The position numbers and the translations under genes were made by a program. From Maribacter halichondriae (GTDB taxonomy: Bacteria > Bacteroidota > Bacteroidia > Flavobacteriales > Flavobacteriaceae), in NCBI RefSeq assembly GCF_027474825.1, contig NZ_CP107030.1:1430529-1494528 (forward strand): DNA of 64,000 bases, given 5' to 3'. Positions 20,343-30,062 of this stretch are shown piece after piece (within the stretch, counting starts at the first letter, position 1; each line of letters begins with the position of its first letter). The notes below the pieces were generated by a model. That model was not told where the DNA came from. It was given only the letters and a program-made list of their open reading frames with translations, and made no database searches.

Positions 20343-21660
20343 GTGGAAGTGTTACTTTGATTTGTTTCAGTCTTTTTTTATCAAGACTCTCTACTAAAAA
20401 CTGATAGTCGTTAAAAACCACTTTTTCGCCTTTCTTCGGAAAGCTTCCTGCAATTTCTAAAACGAAACCTGCTATGGTTTCCGATTCTCCTTTTTGCTCT
20501 TCGAATGCATCTTCGTTTTCCAATTTAACGACGCGATAAAAATCTTTCAACGCTGTTTTTCCTTCAAAAACATAATTGAAATCGTCCAACTTGGAAAACA
20601 CAAGGTCTTCATCGTCGAACTCATCGCTGATATCACCCACGATTTCCTCGATGATATCGTTGAGGGTAACCAAACCTGAAGTGCCACCATATTCGTCGAC
20701 GACTATGGCCAAATGATTCTTCTTATCCTGAAATTCTAACAAAAGATCATCCAATTTTTTGTTTTCCGGCACAAAATAGGGCTCCCGTATGAGCGACATC
20801 CAATTAAAGGTCTTTCTATCGATATAGGGCAAAAGATCTTTGACATAGAGCACGCCTTTGACATTATCCATATTCTCTGAAAATACTGGAATTCTAGAGT
20901 ATCCGTTCTTTTTGATTTCCTGTAAAACTTCCGGAAATTTCATTTCTTCATCCAAAGCGAACATATCGATACGCGGGCGCATGACCTGTTTGGTGTCGGT
21001 ATTGCCGAAACTCACGATTCCCTCTAAAATTTTCTGCTCTTGCTTCGTCGTGTCGCCATCCGAAGTAAGTTCCAAGGCCTGGGAAAGATGATCAACGCTC
21101 AAGTTCGATTTTTCCTTACCCAATTTATTGAACATGAAAATCGTGCCTGAGCGCATGGGCAGACTTAACGGCGAGAACAAAAAGTCGAGTACTTTCATCG
21201 GATAGACCATAAAATTGGCAAAGCTGATCCGGTTTCTGTTCGCATAGACTTTAGGAAGTATCTCACCGAACATCAAAATCAAGAAAGTAGCCACTACGAC
21301 TTCTACAAGAAATCGTACCGATACCAAACCGAACAACGTGTAGTTTATCCCCGAAAACAAGGTTTCGCCTATAACGCTGAACAATAGCACGATACCGATA
21401 TTTATGGCATTATTGGCAATAAGTATGGTGGCCAATAACTTTTTTGGTCGGTCTAAAAGTTTTACGATGATATCACCTCGTGATGTCTTTTTCTCCTCGA
21501 TTTCATTGATATCGGTTGGCGACAATCCGAAAAAGGCCACTTCGGCCCCTGATATCAACGCCGAACACATCAGCAAAATCAGAAGAATGCATACTTTTAA
21601 AGCGAACGTACCGTCCAAAGCCATGAAGTTAAAAAGGAAACTAAGGGGGTCAGGGTCCAA
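20332..21660 (-). CDS. gldE: Gliding motility protein GldE (CNNM/CorC family: DUF21 + CBS pair + CorC_HlyC)
   Basis: 442 aa. N-terminal TM DUF21 domain, CBS pair, C-terminal CorC/HlyC domain. Conserved ssb-gldE-gldD order. Confidence 0.8.
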   Translation of the reverse strand: MDPDPLSFLFNFMALDGTFALKVCILLILLMCSALISGAEVAFFGLSPTDINEIEEKKTSRGDIIVKLLDRPKKLLATILIANNAINIGIVLLFSVIGETLFSGINYTLFGLVSVRFLVEVVVATFLILMFGEILPKVYANRNRISFANFMVYPMKVLDFLFSPLSLPMRSGTIFMFNKLGKEKSNLSVDHLSQALELTSDGDTTKQEQKILEGIVSFGNTDTKQVMRPRIDMFALDEEMKFPEVLQEIKKNGYSRIPVFSENMDNVKGVLYVKDLLPYIDRKTFNWMSLIREPYFVPENKKLDDLLLEFQDKKNHLAIVVDEYGGTSGLVTLNDIIEEIVGDISDEFDDEDLVFSKLDDFNYVFEGKTALKDFYRVVKLENEDAFEEQKGESETIAGFVLEIAGSFPKKGEKVVFNDYQFLVESLDKKRLKQIKVTLPHAQ

Positions 21661-21680
21661 TAGTCAGTGATTTCGTTTAA

Positions 21681-22150
21681 TTAAAATGGCAGGTCGTCGT
21701 CGTGTTCCGTTGAAGTCGCGGGCGATGTCTCTTGGGCTTTAGCAGTATTCTGAGCGGCCGGTGTATTTTGTCGTTCCGATTGAGTGCTTCCTTGCGAATT
21801 CGCCAAGCTCTCTTTTTTGGTCGTCAAAAAAGTAAAATCTTGAACGTGCACTTCTGTAGTATATCGCATATTACCATCTTCACCTTGCCATTGTCGGTTC
21901 TTCAAACGACCTTCAACATATATCTTGTCGCCCTTGCTCAGGTATTTTTCACAAATTTCGGCGGCTTTATTTCGCACTACGATATTGTGCCAATCGGTAT
22001 TGGTCACTTTTTCACCTGTCTGTTTGTTAGTGTACGTTTCGTTGGTCGCGATAGGAAAACGCCCAATGGATCCTCCCCCTCGAAATAATGCATTTTCACC
22101 TCATCGCCTAAATGCCCTATCAGCATTACTTTATTCAATGTGCCGCTCAT
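21681..22150 (-). pseudogene. ssb: Single-stranded DNA-binding protein, with an apparent frameshift at a C5/G5 run at 22075-22079
   Basis: The upstream frame encodes MSGTLNKVMLIGHLGDEVKMHYFEGG. One extra G gives GGSIGRFPIATNETYTNKQTGEKVTNTDWHNIVV... The C-terminus is DDDLPF. Confidence 0.85.
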
Positions 22151-22160
22151 GTTATATCAA

Positions 22161-23219
22161 TTATTTCAATGTACGAAAATACGAATTTTTAAACGTTTTT
22201 AAGAAATCGGCGACTAAAACCGGAACGGGATATTTATCCAGTTTCGAAAAGGGAATTCCCTCTTTCAATTCATCGCCAGTTTCAACGATCCAGAACTTGG
22301 TATGTAGGTGTTGATGCGATAGCTTATGAACAATGGTCACATCGTTGTATGCATAGATCTTTATTGGTTTCTTTACTGTAATTATATCCATCAGTCTATG
22401 GGAAACATCGGCAGTGGTTATTTCTGACTTTGATTCAAGTAATGGGAATTCCCATAGATTTTGCCATATTCCTTTTCCCTTTCTTTGTTTCAAAATAGTT
22501 TTGCCATTGGTATCTACTGGAACAAGATAATTGAAAAATCTGTCTTTTATTTTTCCGTTTTTAATCTTTATCGGCAGCTCATCAACGCGATTTTTTTGAA
22601 GGGCGACACAACTTTCATTAAAGGGACAGACGGTACAATCCGGATTTTTCGGTCGACATTGTATGGCACCGAATTCCATGATTCCTTGATTATAATCTCG
22701 AATAGATGCACGATCCATCACCTCACGCGCCAAGTGTTTAAAGTATTTGATTCCGGTGTTGCCGTTTATTGCCATGTCAATTCCGAAATAACGGGCCAAG
22801 ACACGATATACGTTTCCGTCTACCACGGGTTGTGGTTCATCAAAACAAATCGAGGCAATGGCACTGGCCGTGTAATCGCCCACGCCCTTGAGTTTCAACA
22901 ATTCAGAATACGTATCAGGAAAAAAACCATTATAGTCTTGTACCACCATTTTTGCCGTGGCATGTAGATTGCGTGCCCTTGAATAGTATCCCAAACCTTG
23001 CCATAACTTGAGTACTTTTTCTTCGGAAGCGTTCGCCAAATCGTAAACAGTAGGAAAATTCTCAATATATTTCAAGTAATATGGCGTACCTTGGGCGACC
23101 CTGGTTTGTTGAAGGATGATCTCGGAAAGCCAAATCTTATAAGGGTCTCTGGTTTCCCGCCAAGGCAGATTACGTTTGTTTTTTTTATACCAGTGTAAGA
23201 TTTTATGGGAAAAGGACAT
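22161..23219 (-). CDS. mutY: A/G-specific adenine DNA glycosylase
   Basis: HhH-GPD N-terminal domain, a 4Fe-4S cysteine cluster, and a NUDIX-like C-terminal domain. Confidence 0.9.
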   Translation of the reverse strand: MSFSHKILHWYKKNKRNLPWRETRDPYKIWLSEIILQQTRVAQGTPYYLKYIENFPTVYDLANASEEKVLKLWQGLGYYSRARNLHATAKMVVQDYNGFFPDTYSELLKLKGVGDYTASAIASICFDEPQPVVDGNVYRVLARYFGIDMAINGNTGIKYFKHLAREVMDRASIRDYNQGIMEFGAIQCRPKNPDCTVCPFNESCVALQKNRVDELPIKIKNGKIKDRFFNYLVPVDTNGKTILKQRKGKGIWQNLWEFPLLESKSEITTADVSHRLMDIITVKKPIKIYAYNDVTIVHKLSHQHLHTKFWIVETGDELKEGIPFSKLDKYPVPVLVADFLKTFKNSYFRTLK

Positions 23220-23468
23220 TGAAAAATATACTAGACCGCAAAAGTAAAACTTTATGTATTGAATTCGCCTTAGAACAAATTTAAAACCACTACTTTCTGA
23301 TTACCAATATTTTGAGAACCATGGCCTCGCTTCAAAATCAGTAAATATCTCGATATGCCCATATTTTGAAACCTAGCCAGAACCCCAAACTATTGAAAAT
23401 CAGTTTGCATTGATCTTAAATATGTTCTTAAAATTAGTCCATTACAGGAAAAGAATGAATTAAATTTA

Positions 23469-23476
23469 TATATTTG
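23469..23476 (+). promoter_or_regulatory. Candidate -7 box TATATTTG upstream of the HU gene
   Basis: TAnnTTTG match about 38 nt upstream of the ATG. Confidence 0.3.
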
Positions 23477-23513
23477 CAACCCTAAAAAACATACAGAAAA
23501 TCTAATATTCAAG

Positions 23514-23804
23514 ATGACGAAAGCGGAAATTGTATCTAAAATCTCAGATAAACTGGGAATTGAAAAAGGAGATGTACAAGCAACAGTTGAATCCTTTATG
23601 GAAGAGGTAAAGACCTCCCTTGAAAGTGGTGACAACGTTTACCTAAGAGGTTTTGGAAGTTTTATCATAAAGACCAGAGCTGAAAAAACGGGAAGGAATA
23701 TTTCCAAGAACACGACCATTAAGATTCCTGCACATAATATTCCGGCCTTTAAACCGGCAAAGGTTTTTGTAGAAGGTGTTAAAAGCAACGTACAAGTCAA
23801 ATAA
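23514..23804 (+). CDS. HU family DNA-binding protein
   Basis: 96 aa. GFGSF...R..RNP-like arm (RGFGSFIIKTRAEKTGRN). Confidence 0.9.
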   Translation: MTKAEIVSKISDKLGIEKGDVQATVESFMEEVKTSLESGDNVYLRGFGSFIIKTRAEKTGRNISKNTTIKIPAHNIPAFKPAKVFVEGVKSNVQVK

Positions 23805-23830
23805 AATAGTAATCTTTAAAGCAGAACTTT

Positions 23831-23923
23831 ATGCCGAGTGGTAAGAAAAGAAAAAGACATAAGGTAGCGACCCATAAGCGCAAGAAGCGCAGGAGAGCTA
23901 ACCGTCATAAGAAAAAATCGTAG
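23831..23923 (+). CDS. Unannotated 30-aa highly basic peptide (MPSGKKRKRHKVATHKRKKRRRANRHKKKS), possibly a bS22-like ribosomal or nucleic-acid-binding protein
   Basis: ATG-initiated ORF below the 60-aa cutoff. Followed 1 nt later by a strong rho-independent terminator. About two-thirds of residues are Lys/Arg/His. Confidence 0.5.
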   Translation: MPSGKKRKRHKVATHKRKKRRRANRHKKKS

Positions 23924-23960
23924 TAGAGGCGCAATATTTGCGCCTCTACCGTGTTTTTTC
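23924..23960 (+). terminator. Rho-independent terminator after the small basic ORF
   Basis: GTAGAGGCGCA-ATATT-TGCGCCTCTAC followed by CGTGTTTTTT. Confidence 0.75.
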
Positions 23961-24074
23961 ATTCCAATACGTTCATTGACATAGAAATTCCATTGAGAAT
24001 TTCGATAGGTTTAATTAACCTGTTTCAATCATTGTTTAATCTATTCCGCAATGGCGGAATAAAAATATATTCAG

Positions 24075-25622
24075 GTGAATAGAGAATTAATCGTACGATC
24101 TAGTTCAGATGCCGTTGATTTTGCCCTGTTAAAGGATGGAAAACTCACCGAATTGCACAAAGAAGAAGACAACAACGACTTTTCGGTCGGCGACATATTT
24201 TTAGCCAAGGTACGCAAGCCCGTTTCAGGACTCAATGCAGCCTTTGTAAACGTCGGTTATGAGAAAGATGCATTTTTGCACTATCATGACCTCGGACCAC
24301 AGCTCTCTTCAATGTTGAAATTCATAAAACAAGTGAGTACGGGAAAGTTGAGAGACTACTCCCTTAAAAATTTTCCCTTCGATAAAGATATTGACAAGCA
24401 TGGCGTTATTACTGATGTCATCAAGGCCAACCAATCATTGTTGGTGCAAATCGTCAAAGAACCCATTTCCACCAAAGGACCAAGAATAAGCTCAGAACTG
24501 TCGTTGGCAGGACGCTACTTGGTCATGGTACCCTTCTCAGACCGCGTTTCGGTTTCCCAGAAAATAGGGGGCAACGCAGAGAAAGATAGGCTCAAAAGGC
24601 TCGTAAAGAGCATTAAGCCCGCAGGATTCGGGGTCATCATCAGAACAGTTGCAGAAGGCAAAAAAGTCGCGGAACTTGATAAAGATCTAGAAAACTTGCT
24701 GGACAAGTGGACGGCAATGTGTAAGAAATTGTACAAAGCTCCAACACCCTCGAAAGTACTGGTAGAGCTCAATAGAGCCTCAAGTATCTTACGGGATGTT
24801 TTCAATGATTCCTTTACGGGGATCCATGTTGATGACGAGACGCTTTGTACTCAGGTTCAAGACTATGTGCAAGAAATCGCACCCGGAAAAGAATCTATGG
24901 TTAAACTGTATAATTCACCTGTCCCGATTTTTGAGAAATTCGGGATAGAACGGCAAATCAAGACCTCATTCGGGCGAACCGCCTCAATGAGTAAAGGTGC
25001 TTACCTGATCATCGAGCATACCGAAGCATTGCACGTTATCGACGTGAATAGTGGCAACCGCTCGAACAAGGCCAAGAACCAAGAAGATACCGCTTTAGAG
25101 GTAAACATCTTGGCGGCCTCTGAAATTGCAAGACAATTGCGCCTCCGAGATATGGGGGGCATTATCGTTGTCGATTTCATAGATATGGTAAAGGCCCAGC
25201 ACCGTAAGAAACTTTTTGACCATCTTCGAGATGAAATGAAAGACGATCGTGCCAAGCACAAGATTCTGCCGCCGAGTAAATTCGGACTTATACAGATTAC
25301 CAGACAACGGGTACGACCCGAAATGAACATTAAAACGACCGAGGTAAACCCAAACGGCAATGGCCAAGAGGTAGAAGCCCCGATCTTATTGATCGACAGA
25401 ATAAATGCCGATCTTGAGAAACTTTTAAAAGGCCCAGCAAAGGATAATGGAATAACACTAAATCTACACCCATTTATTGCGGCCTATTTGACCAAAGGTT
25501 TCCCGTCGATACGTACCAAGTGGTTCTTGGAGCATAAACGATGGATCAGAATACAACCTAGGGATGCCTACACGTATCTCGAGTACCGTTTTAAGAATAA
25601 GGACGGTAAAACCATTTATTAG
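24075..25622 (+). CDS. rng: Ribonuclease E/G family protein
   Basis: 515 aa. S1 domain followed by the RNase E/G catalytic core. GTG start. Confidence 0.85.
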   Translation: MNRELIVRSSSDAVDFALLKDGKLTELHKEEDNNDFSVGDIFLAKVRKPVSGLNAAFVNVGYEKDAFLHYHDLGPQLSSMLKFIKQVSTGKLRDYSLKNFPFDKDIDKHGVITDVIKANQSLLVQIVKEPISTKGPRISSELSLAGRYLVMVPFSDRVSVSQKIGGNAEKDRLKRLVKSIKPAGFGVIIRTVAEGKKVAELDKDLENLLDKWTAMCKKLYKAPTPSKVLVELNRASSILRDVFNDSFTGIHVDDETLCTQVQDYVQEIAPGKESMVKLYNSPVPIFEKFGIERQIKTSFGRTASMSKGAYLIIEHTEALHVIDVNSGNRSNKAKNQEDTALEVNILAASEIARQLRLRDMGGIIVVDFIDMVKAQHRKKLFDHLRDEMKDDRAKHKILPPSKFGLIQITRQRVRPEMNIKTTEVNPNGNGQEVEAPILLIDRINADLEKLLKGPAKDNGITLNLHPFIAAYLTKGFPSIRTKWFLEHKRWIRIQPRDAYTYLEYRFKNKDGKTIY

Positions 25623-25676
25623 TGAGACCCTAATTTTCATCTGTCTTGGCAGAATGAAAATTAGCTGGTCGAACTA

Positions 25677-25700
25677 CCCCATTGAAAAATGGGGTCTTTT
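25677..25700 (+). terminator. Rho-independent terminator 1 after rng
   Basis: CCCCATT-GAAAA-ATGGGG then TCTTTT. Confidence 0.55.
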
Positions 25701-25725
25701 GAGTTTAATAGAAAAGTTTATTAAA

Positions 25726-25757
25726 GCGGCCTTCAGCAACTGGGGCCGCTTTTTTTG
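25726..25757 (+). terminator. Rho-independent terminator 2 after rng
   Basis: GCGGCC-loop-GGCCGC followed by T7. Confidence 0.6.
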
Positions 25758-26108
25758 TTTCCCTATTTCTGTGGAATACTTTGACAAAAAAAATCAACGT
25801 AGAAGCCTCCACAAAACCGTAAGATTGTTTTTTCTGAGTCTTACTATAAAATGACGGCAAGAGCTTCCTTGGTTTTTGAATCTACCTTTTATCTTAGGCG
25901 CACATAGTATTTCATCGATAATTTTCAACCAATAGCACTAATTATCATGCTATTATGGTATGGTATCACCATATTGCATCCTGTTAAAAACGACCAACAT
26001 TTTTTAGCAACCAGACCACCACGTATTCTATATTTACAGCCGGATTAGAAATCGCACATAAAGCGAAAGAAACTGAAGTAGAAAAAATACCGACCATAAA
26101 CAACGACC

Positions 26109-27521
26109 ATGCTTTTTAACTCCTTCACCTATTTACTGTTCTTTCCGTTGGTATGTATATTATATTATGTAATTACACCGAAATTTAGATGGCTATTTCT
26201 ATTAATCGCCAGTTATTATTTTTATATGAACTGGCAGCCCATTTATGCCCTACTCATATTCACGTCGACGGTAATTACGTATTTGGCGGCATATAAACTT
26301 GACACTGTAAAGAATCTTAAGACCAGAAAGATTTTCTTGTTTGCCAGTTTGATACTAAATTTCGGAATTCTCTTCCTTTTTAAATATTATGACTTCTTCA
26401 ACAATTCGGTATTCGAGGTGATGGATTATTTCGGAATACGGATGAAACTACCCGATTTCGACCTTCTGCTACCTGTAGGAATTTCGTTTTACACTTTTCA
26501 GGCCGTTGGCTATACCATCGATGTCTATAGAGGCCAAGTAGCCCATGAAAGGCATTTTGGCAGATATGCCTTGTTCGTGTCTTTTTTCCCCCAACTAGTG
26601 GCTGGTCCCATTGAGCGGGCCACCAATTTATTGCCTCAGTTCCGAAAGCGAATAGCATTCGATTATCAAAAAGCGATCGAAGGCACAAAACTTATCATTT
26701 GGGGCTATTTTATGAAAATAGTGGTTGCCGATAGATTGGCTATTTATGTGAATTCCATTTACAATAATGCAGAAAACCATAGCTCTACGACCCTAGTCGT
26801 AGCGACCATTTTTTTTGCTTTTCAAATTTATTGTGATTTTGGAGGATATTCGAACATTGCCATTGGCTGTGCGAAAATCATGGGGTTTGATTTGATGACG
26901 AACTTTCGAAGACCCTATTTCGCCCGGTCCGTTGGCGAATTTTGGCAAAGATGGCATATTTCGTTATCTACCTGGTTCAAAGATTATGTCTACATTCCTC
27001 TTGGCGGAAACAAGGTTGGCAAGGCAAGACATTATTTCAACTTGTTTGTTACGTTTTTGGTAAGTGGCCTCTGGCACGGTGCAAATTGGACCTTTGTCAT
27101 CTGGGGTGGACTGAACGGTTTGTACCTAATACTCGGCAGACTATTTCGTTTTGATTCGAAAAAGATCCAAAATACCAACTTACGTCGATTTCAGGCATTG
27201 CTGAAAATAACTACCGTATTTGTGCTGATCTGTTTCTCATGGATATTCTTCAGGGCAAATAGCTTAGGGGACGCCATATTAATAATCAAACGAATTTTTT
27301 CGGCTACCGGATCCCTTTTTATCGCCGATATCGGAATATTTTTATACTCCAACTTAGCTATTTTCATGCTGTTGCTAAAGGATCTTATTGATGAAACGAA
27401 TATTAGAATACCGCTTGCTCAACACAAATGGTTCCAATTTTTGGTGTATGCCTCGGTCGTGACAATAATATTGACCATTGGTGTTTTCGACGGTGGGCAA
27501 TTTATTTACTTTCAATTCTAG
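26109..27521 (+). CDS. MBOAT family O-acyltransferase (AlgI/DltB/PatA-like)
   Basis: 470 aa, multi-TM. Conserved WHISLSTWFKDYVYIPLGG...WHG histidine region. Confidence 0.85.
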   Translation: MLFNSFTYLLFFPLVCILYYVITPKFRWLFLLIASYYFYMNWQPIYALLIFTSTVITYLAAYKLDTVKNLKTRKIFLFASLILNFGILFLFKYYDFFNNSVFEVMDYFGIRMKLPDFDLLLPVGISFYTFQAVGYTIDVYRGQVAHERHFGRYALFVSFFPQLVAGPIERATNLLPQFRKRIAFDYQKAIEGTKLIIWGYFMKIVVADRLAIYVNSIYNNAENHSSTTLVVATIFFAFQIYCDFGGYSNIAIGCAKIMGFDLMTNFRRPYFARSVGEFWQRWHISLSTWFKDYVYIPLGGNKVGKARHYFNLFVTFLVSGLWHGANWTFVIWGGLNGLYLILGRLFRFDSKKIQNTNLRRFQALLKITTVFVLICFSWIFFRANSLGDAILIIKRIFSATGSLFIADIGIFLYSNLAIFMLLLKDLIDETNIRIPLAQHKWFQFLVYASVVTIILTIGVFDGGQFIYFQF

Positions 27522-27613
27522 AAGAATGTTTATGTACACTACCATCTTTAAGGTAAGGCTCTTCAAAGTTTATAGTTCGAAATCGCTATGGCTTTGATAA
27601 AATTTGCTATAAA

Positions 27614-28564
27614 ATGAAAAGATTCATCATTGTTATATTAATTGGATTGTCAATTGTATTTGTCATGGATTTTATCCTGGGCAAAACCTTACGACATTTT
27701 TATTTTACCCAAGACTCGGGACTACAACATAGAACAACGGTCTCAATAGAGAAAACCGAGGCTGATATTTTGATTTTCGGCGCATCTAAAGCCAATCATC
27801 ATTACGATCCTAGAATTCTAGAAGATTCGCTTAACATGTCGGCTTATAACACGGGCAGAGACGGTCAATTTGTTTTTTATCAAACCGCATTATTAAAAGC
27901 GGCATTAAAACGCTACACACCCAAGCTGATCATTTTAGACTTTATCGGCACCTTCGCCTATGACCAACATGATTATGATAGATTATCCAACTTACTGCCT
28001 TATTACGAAGATCATCCCGAACTTAGGGACATCATATTGCTCAGGTCTCCTTTTGAAAAATATAAGATGATTTCCCAGATTTATCCTTATAACTCCATGT
28101 TGACGACCATCGCGGTCGGCAACTTGGAATTTAACAAACATCGGGACTTCAATATCAACTATGACGGGTATGTTCCCCTACATGGGGTTTATAATAAAAA
28201 ATTAGATTCTGTACGAACTTCCTTGACGTATGAAATAGATGATAACAAGATCAATGCGTTTGAAGAGTTCTTGACTTTGACAAAACAGCACGACATCCCC
28301 TTGGTCGTCATATATTCCCCAATTTATTACTTGTACGACAGGGATTTCTCCATTGAGCTATGCAGTAAACTTTGTCAGAAAAATGGTATTCCTTTTATTG
28401 ATTTTTCAAGGGATAAGGAGTTTTTAAAGGACATAAATTTATACGAAGATGAAAGCCATCTTAATCAAGTAGGGGTCGAAATATTTACCAAGAAAGTTGG
28501 ACGTATAATTAAACAGAGAGGGCTTTTATCGAACACCGCCGCCGATTTGAAATCTACAAATTGA
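27614..28564 (+). CDS. Membrane-anchored SGNH/DltD/AlgJ-like partner of the MBOAT acyltransferase
   Basis: N-terminal TM. IFGASKANHHYDP block near the N-terminus. Positioned directly downstream of the MBOAT gene. Confidence 0.45.
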   Translation: MKRFIIVILIGLSIVFVMDFILGKTLRHFYFTQDSGLQHRTTVSIEKTEADILIFGASKANHHYDPRILEDSLNMSAYNTGRDGQFVFYQTALLKAALKRYTPKLIILDFIGTFAYDQHDYDRLSNLLPYYEDHPELRDIILLRSPFEKYKMISQIYPYNSMLTTIAVGNLEFNKHRDFNINYDGYVPLHGVYNKKLDSVRTSLTYEIDDNKINAFEEFLTLTKQHDIPLVVIYSPIYYLYDRDFSIELCSKLCQKNGIPFIDFSRDKEFLKDINLYEDESHLNQVGVEIFTKKVGRIIKQRGLLSNTAADLKSTN

Positions 28565-28615
28565 ACCCATTCATTGAAATGTGGGACTCGTTGTGGTATT
28601 GATTATTTTTGAACA

Positions 28616-29094
28616 ATGACATTTCAGAAAGCAAAGACCTATACGTTCGAAGAGGCCACTAAAAAACTGGAAGGCTACTGTGCCTACCAAGAGCGTTGCC
28701 ATAAAGAGGTATTGACCAAGCTACGCGAAATGCAAATGATTCCTGAGGCAATCGACCAAATTGTGGTGCATTTAATTAATGAAAACTACCTAAACGAACA
28801 GCGGTTTGCACAAGCTTTTGCCAGAGGCAAGTTCTCCATAAAAAAATGGGGACGAAACCGTATCGTCTCGGAACTCAAACATCGCAACATTTCAAAATAC
28901 AACATTAGCTCGGCCCTAAAGGAAATCGATGAAGCAGCATATATAAACACATTTCACGCTTTGGCCGAAAAAAGATGGCAATCGCTTACTGAAAAAAATC
29001 TTCAAAAGAAGAAAAAAAGTTGGTAGATTATTTATTGTATCGCGGCTGGGAAAGTGAGCTAGTGTACAATAAAATTAACGAATTAGTGAAATAG
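28616..29094 (+). pseudogene. recX: Recombination regulator RecX, with an apparent frameshift at an A7 run at 29013-29019
   Basis: The ORF ends KKKKSW*. With A8 the frame continues KLVDYLLYRGWESELVYNKINELVK, the canonical RecX C-terminus. Confidence 0.75.
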
Positions 29095-29096
29095 TG

Positions 29097-29981
29097 CTAG
29101 GTCTCGACTGCGCTCGACCTGACAGCTCGAAAGTTCTTATTCGTATTATGAATCGCCCTCTCGTTCTTTTGCTCGATCCATTTCTGGCCTTTGAGCTTTC
29201 TCATAACCCCATCATAATGTCGCATGAACAAAAGATTATAAAAAGCGGTTACCAGATTCTTGGGGTTTTTCGCAATGGCGCGCAGGCTCATTGAAAAACC
29301 AGGAGTCAAATATTTCATGTGATGCCAATACCCTTCGGGCATATATAATACCTCACCATGGTTCAATTTGGATCTGTAGCCATTTGCTTTTTTCAAAGCC
29401 GGCCATTTTTCATAATCCGGATTCGAGAAATCGATGCTTTCATGGGTAATCAACGAATGGGGTATCTTGTATAGATATTTGGTTTCCGATTGGGGAAATA
29501 AGATACACTCCTTGGTTCCCTCAAAATGAAAATGAAAAATATTCGCCAAATCGATATCGTAGTGCATAAACGTATGCGAGTTTCTTCCCCCGAAAAAAAG
29601 CATCGGTAGCTTTTTCAACAGTCGAAGTCCCACATCGGGATATTCGAAATCGTTCTGTAGTTCGGGAACCTCCTTGAAAATATTCCAGAGAAAAATACGA
29701 TATTTTGTAGGCTCTTTTTTGAGAAGGTCTATATAGTCCGACATTTTCATTTTTGTATGGGGTTCGTTGAAACCATCCTTGTGATGTACAGGGCGATCAT
29801 CATAAAGTGGCACCGTTTTTTTTCCAGCCACCTTGCGCATATAGTCCAACGACCATTTTGAATAGGCAGGCCAATTTTCAATAGCACGTTCGATTACCAC
29901 CGGTTTTTGCTGTTTGAAGTAATCGTTCAAAAACGCCTCTTTAGAGAGTGTAGGTACACGCGGTATTTCTTGCAGTCTCAA
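29097..29981 (-). CDS. Cupin-like/JmjC domain-containing protein
   Basis: 294 aa. Conserved HxD...H cupin arrangement (FMHYDIDL..., HHMKYL). The 3' end runs into a REP-like repeat. Confidence 0.55.
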   Translation of the reverse strand: MRLQEIPRVPTLSKEAFLNDYFKQQKPVVIERAIENWPAYSKWSLDYMRKVAGKKTVPLYDDRPVHHKDGFNEPHTKMKMSDYIDLLKKEPTKYRIFLWNIFKEVPELQNDFEYPDVGLRLLKKLPMLFFGGRNSHTFMHYDIDLANIFHFHFEGTKECILFPQSETKYLYKIPHSLITHESIDFSNPDYEKWPALKKANGYRSKLNHGEVLYMPEGYWHHMKYLTPGFSMSLRAIAKNPKNLVTAFYNLLFMRHYDGVMRKLKGQKWIEQKNERAIHNTNKNFRAVRSSAVET

Positions 29982-30062
29982 AAGTATTGGGGTTGCTTAT
30001 AGACCTCAAATTTAATTAACCTTCTGGAAACGAATTCTTAAAATAAAGCTAATGTAGTGGTA

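Noticed and set aside
25564-25854. 96-aa plus-strand ORF after rng
   Set aside because: It overlaps the rng 3' end and both terminators, and the region is AT-rich non-coding DNA.
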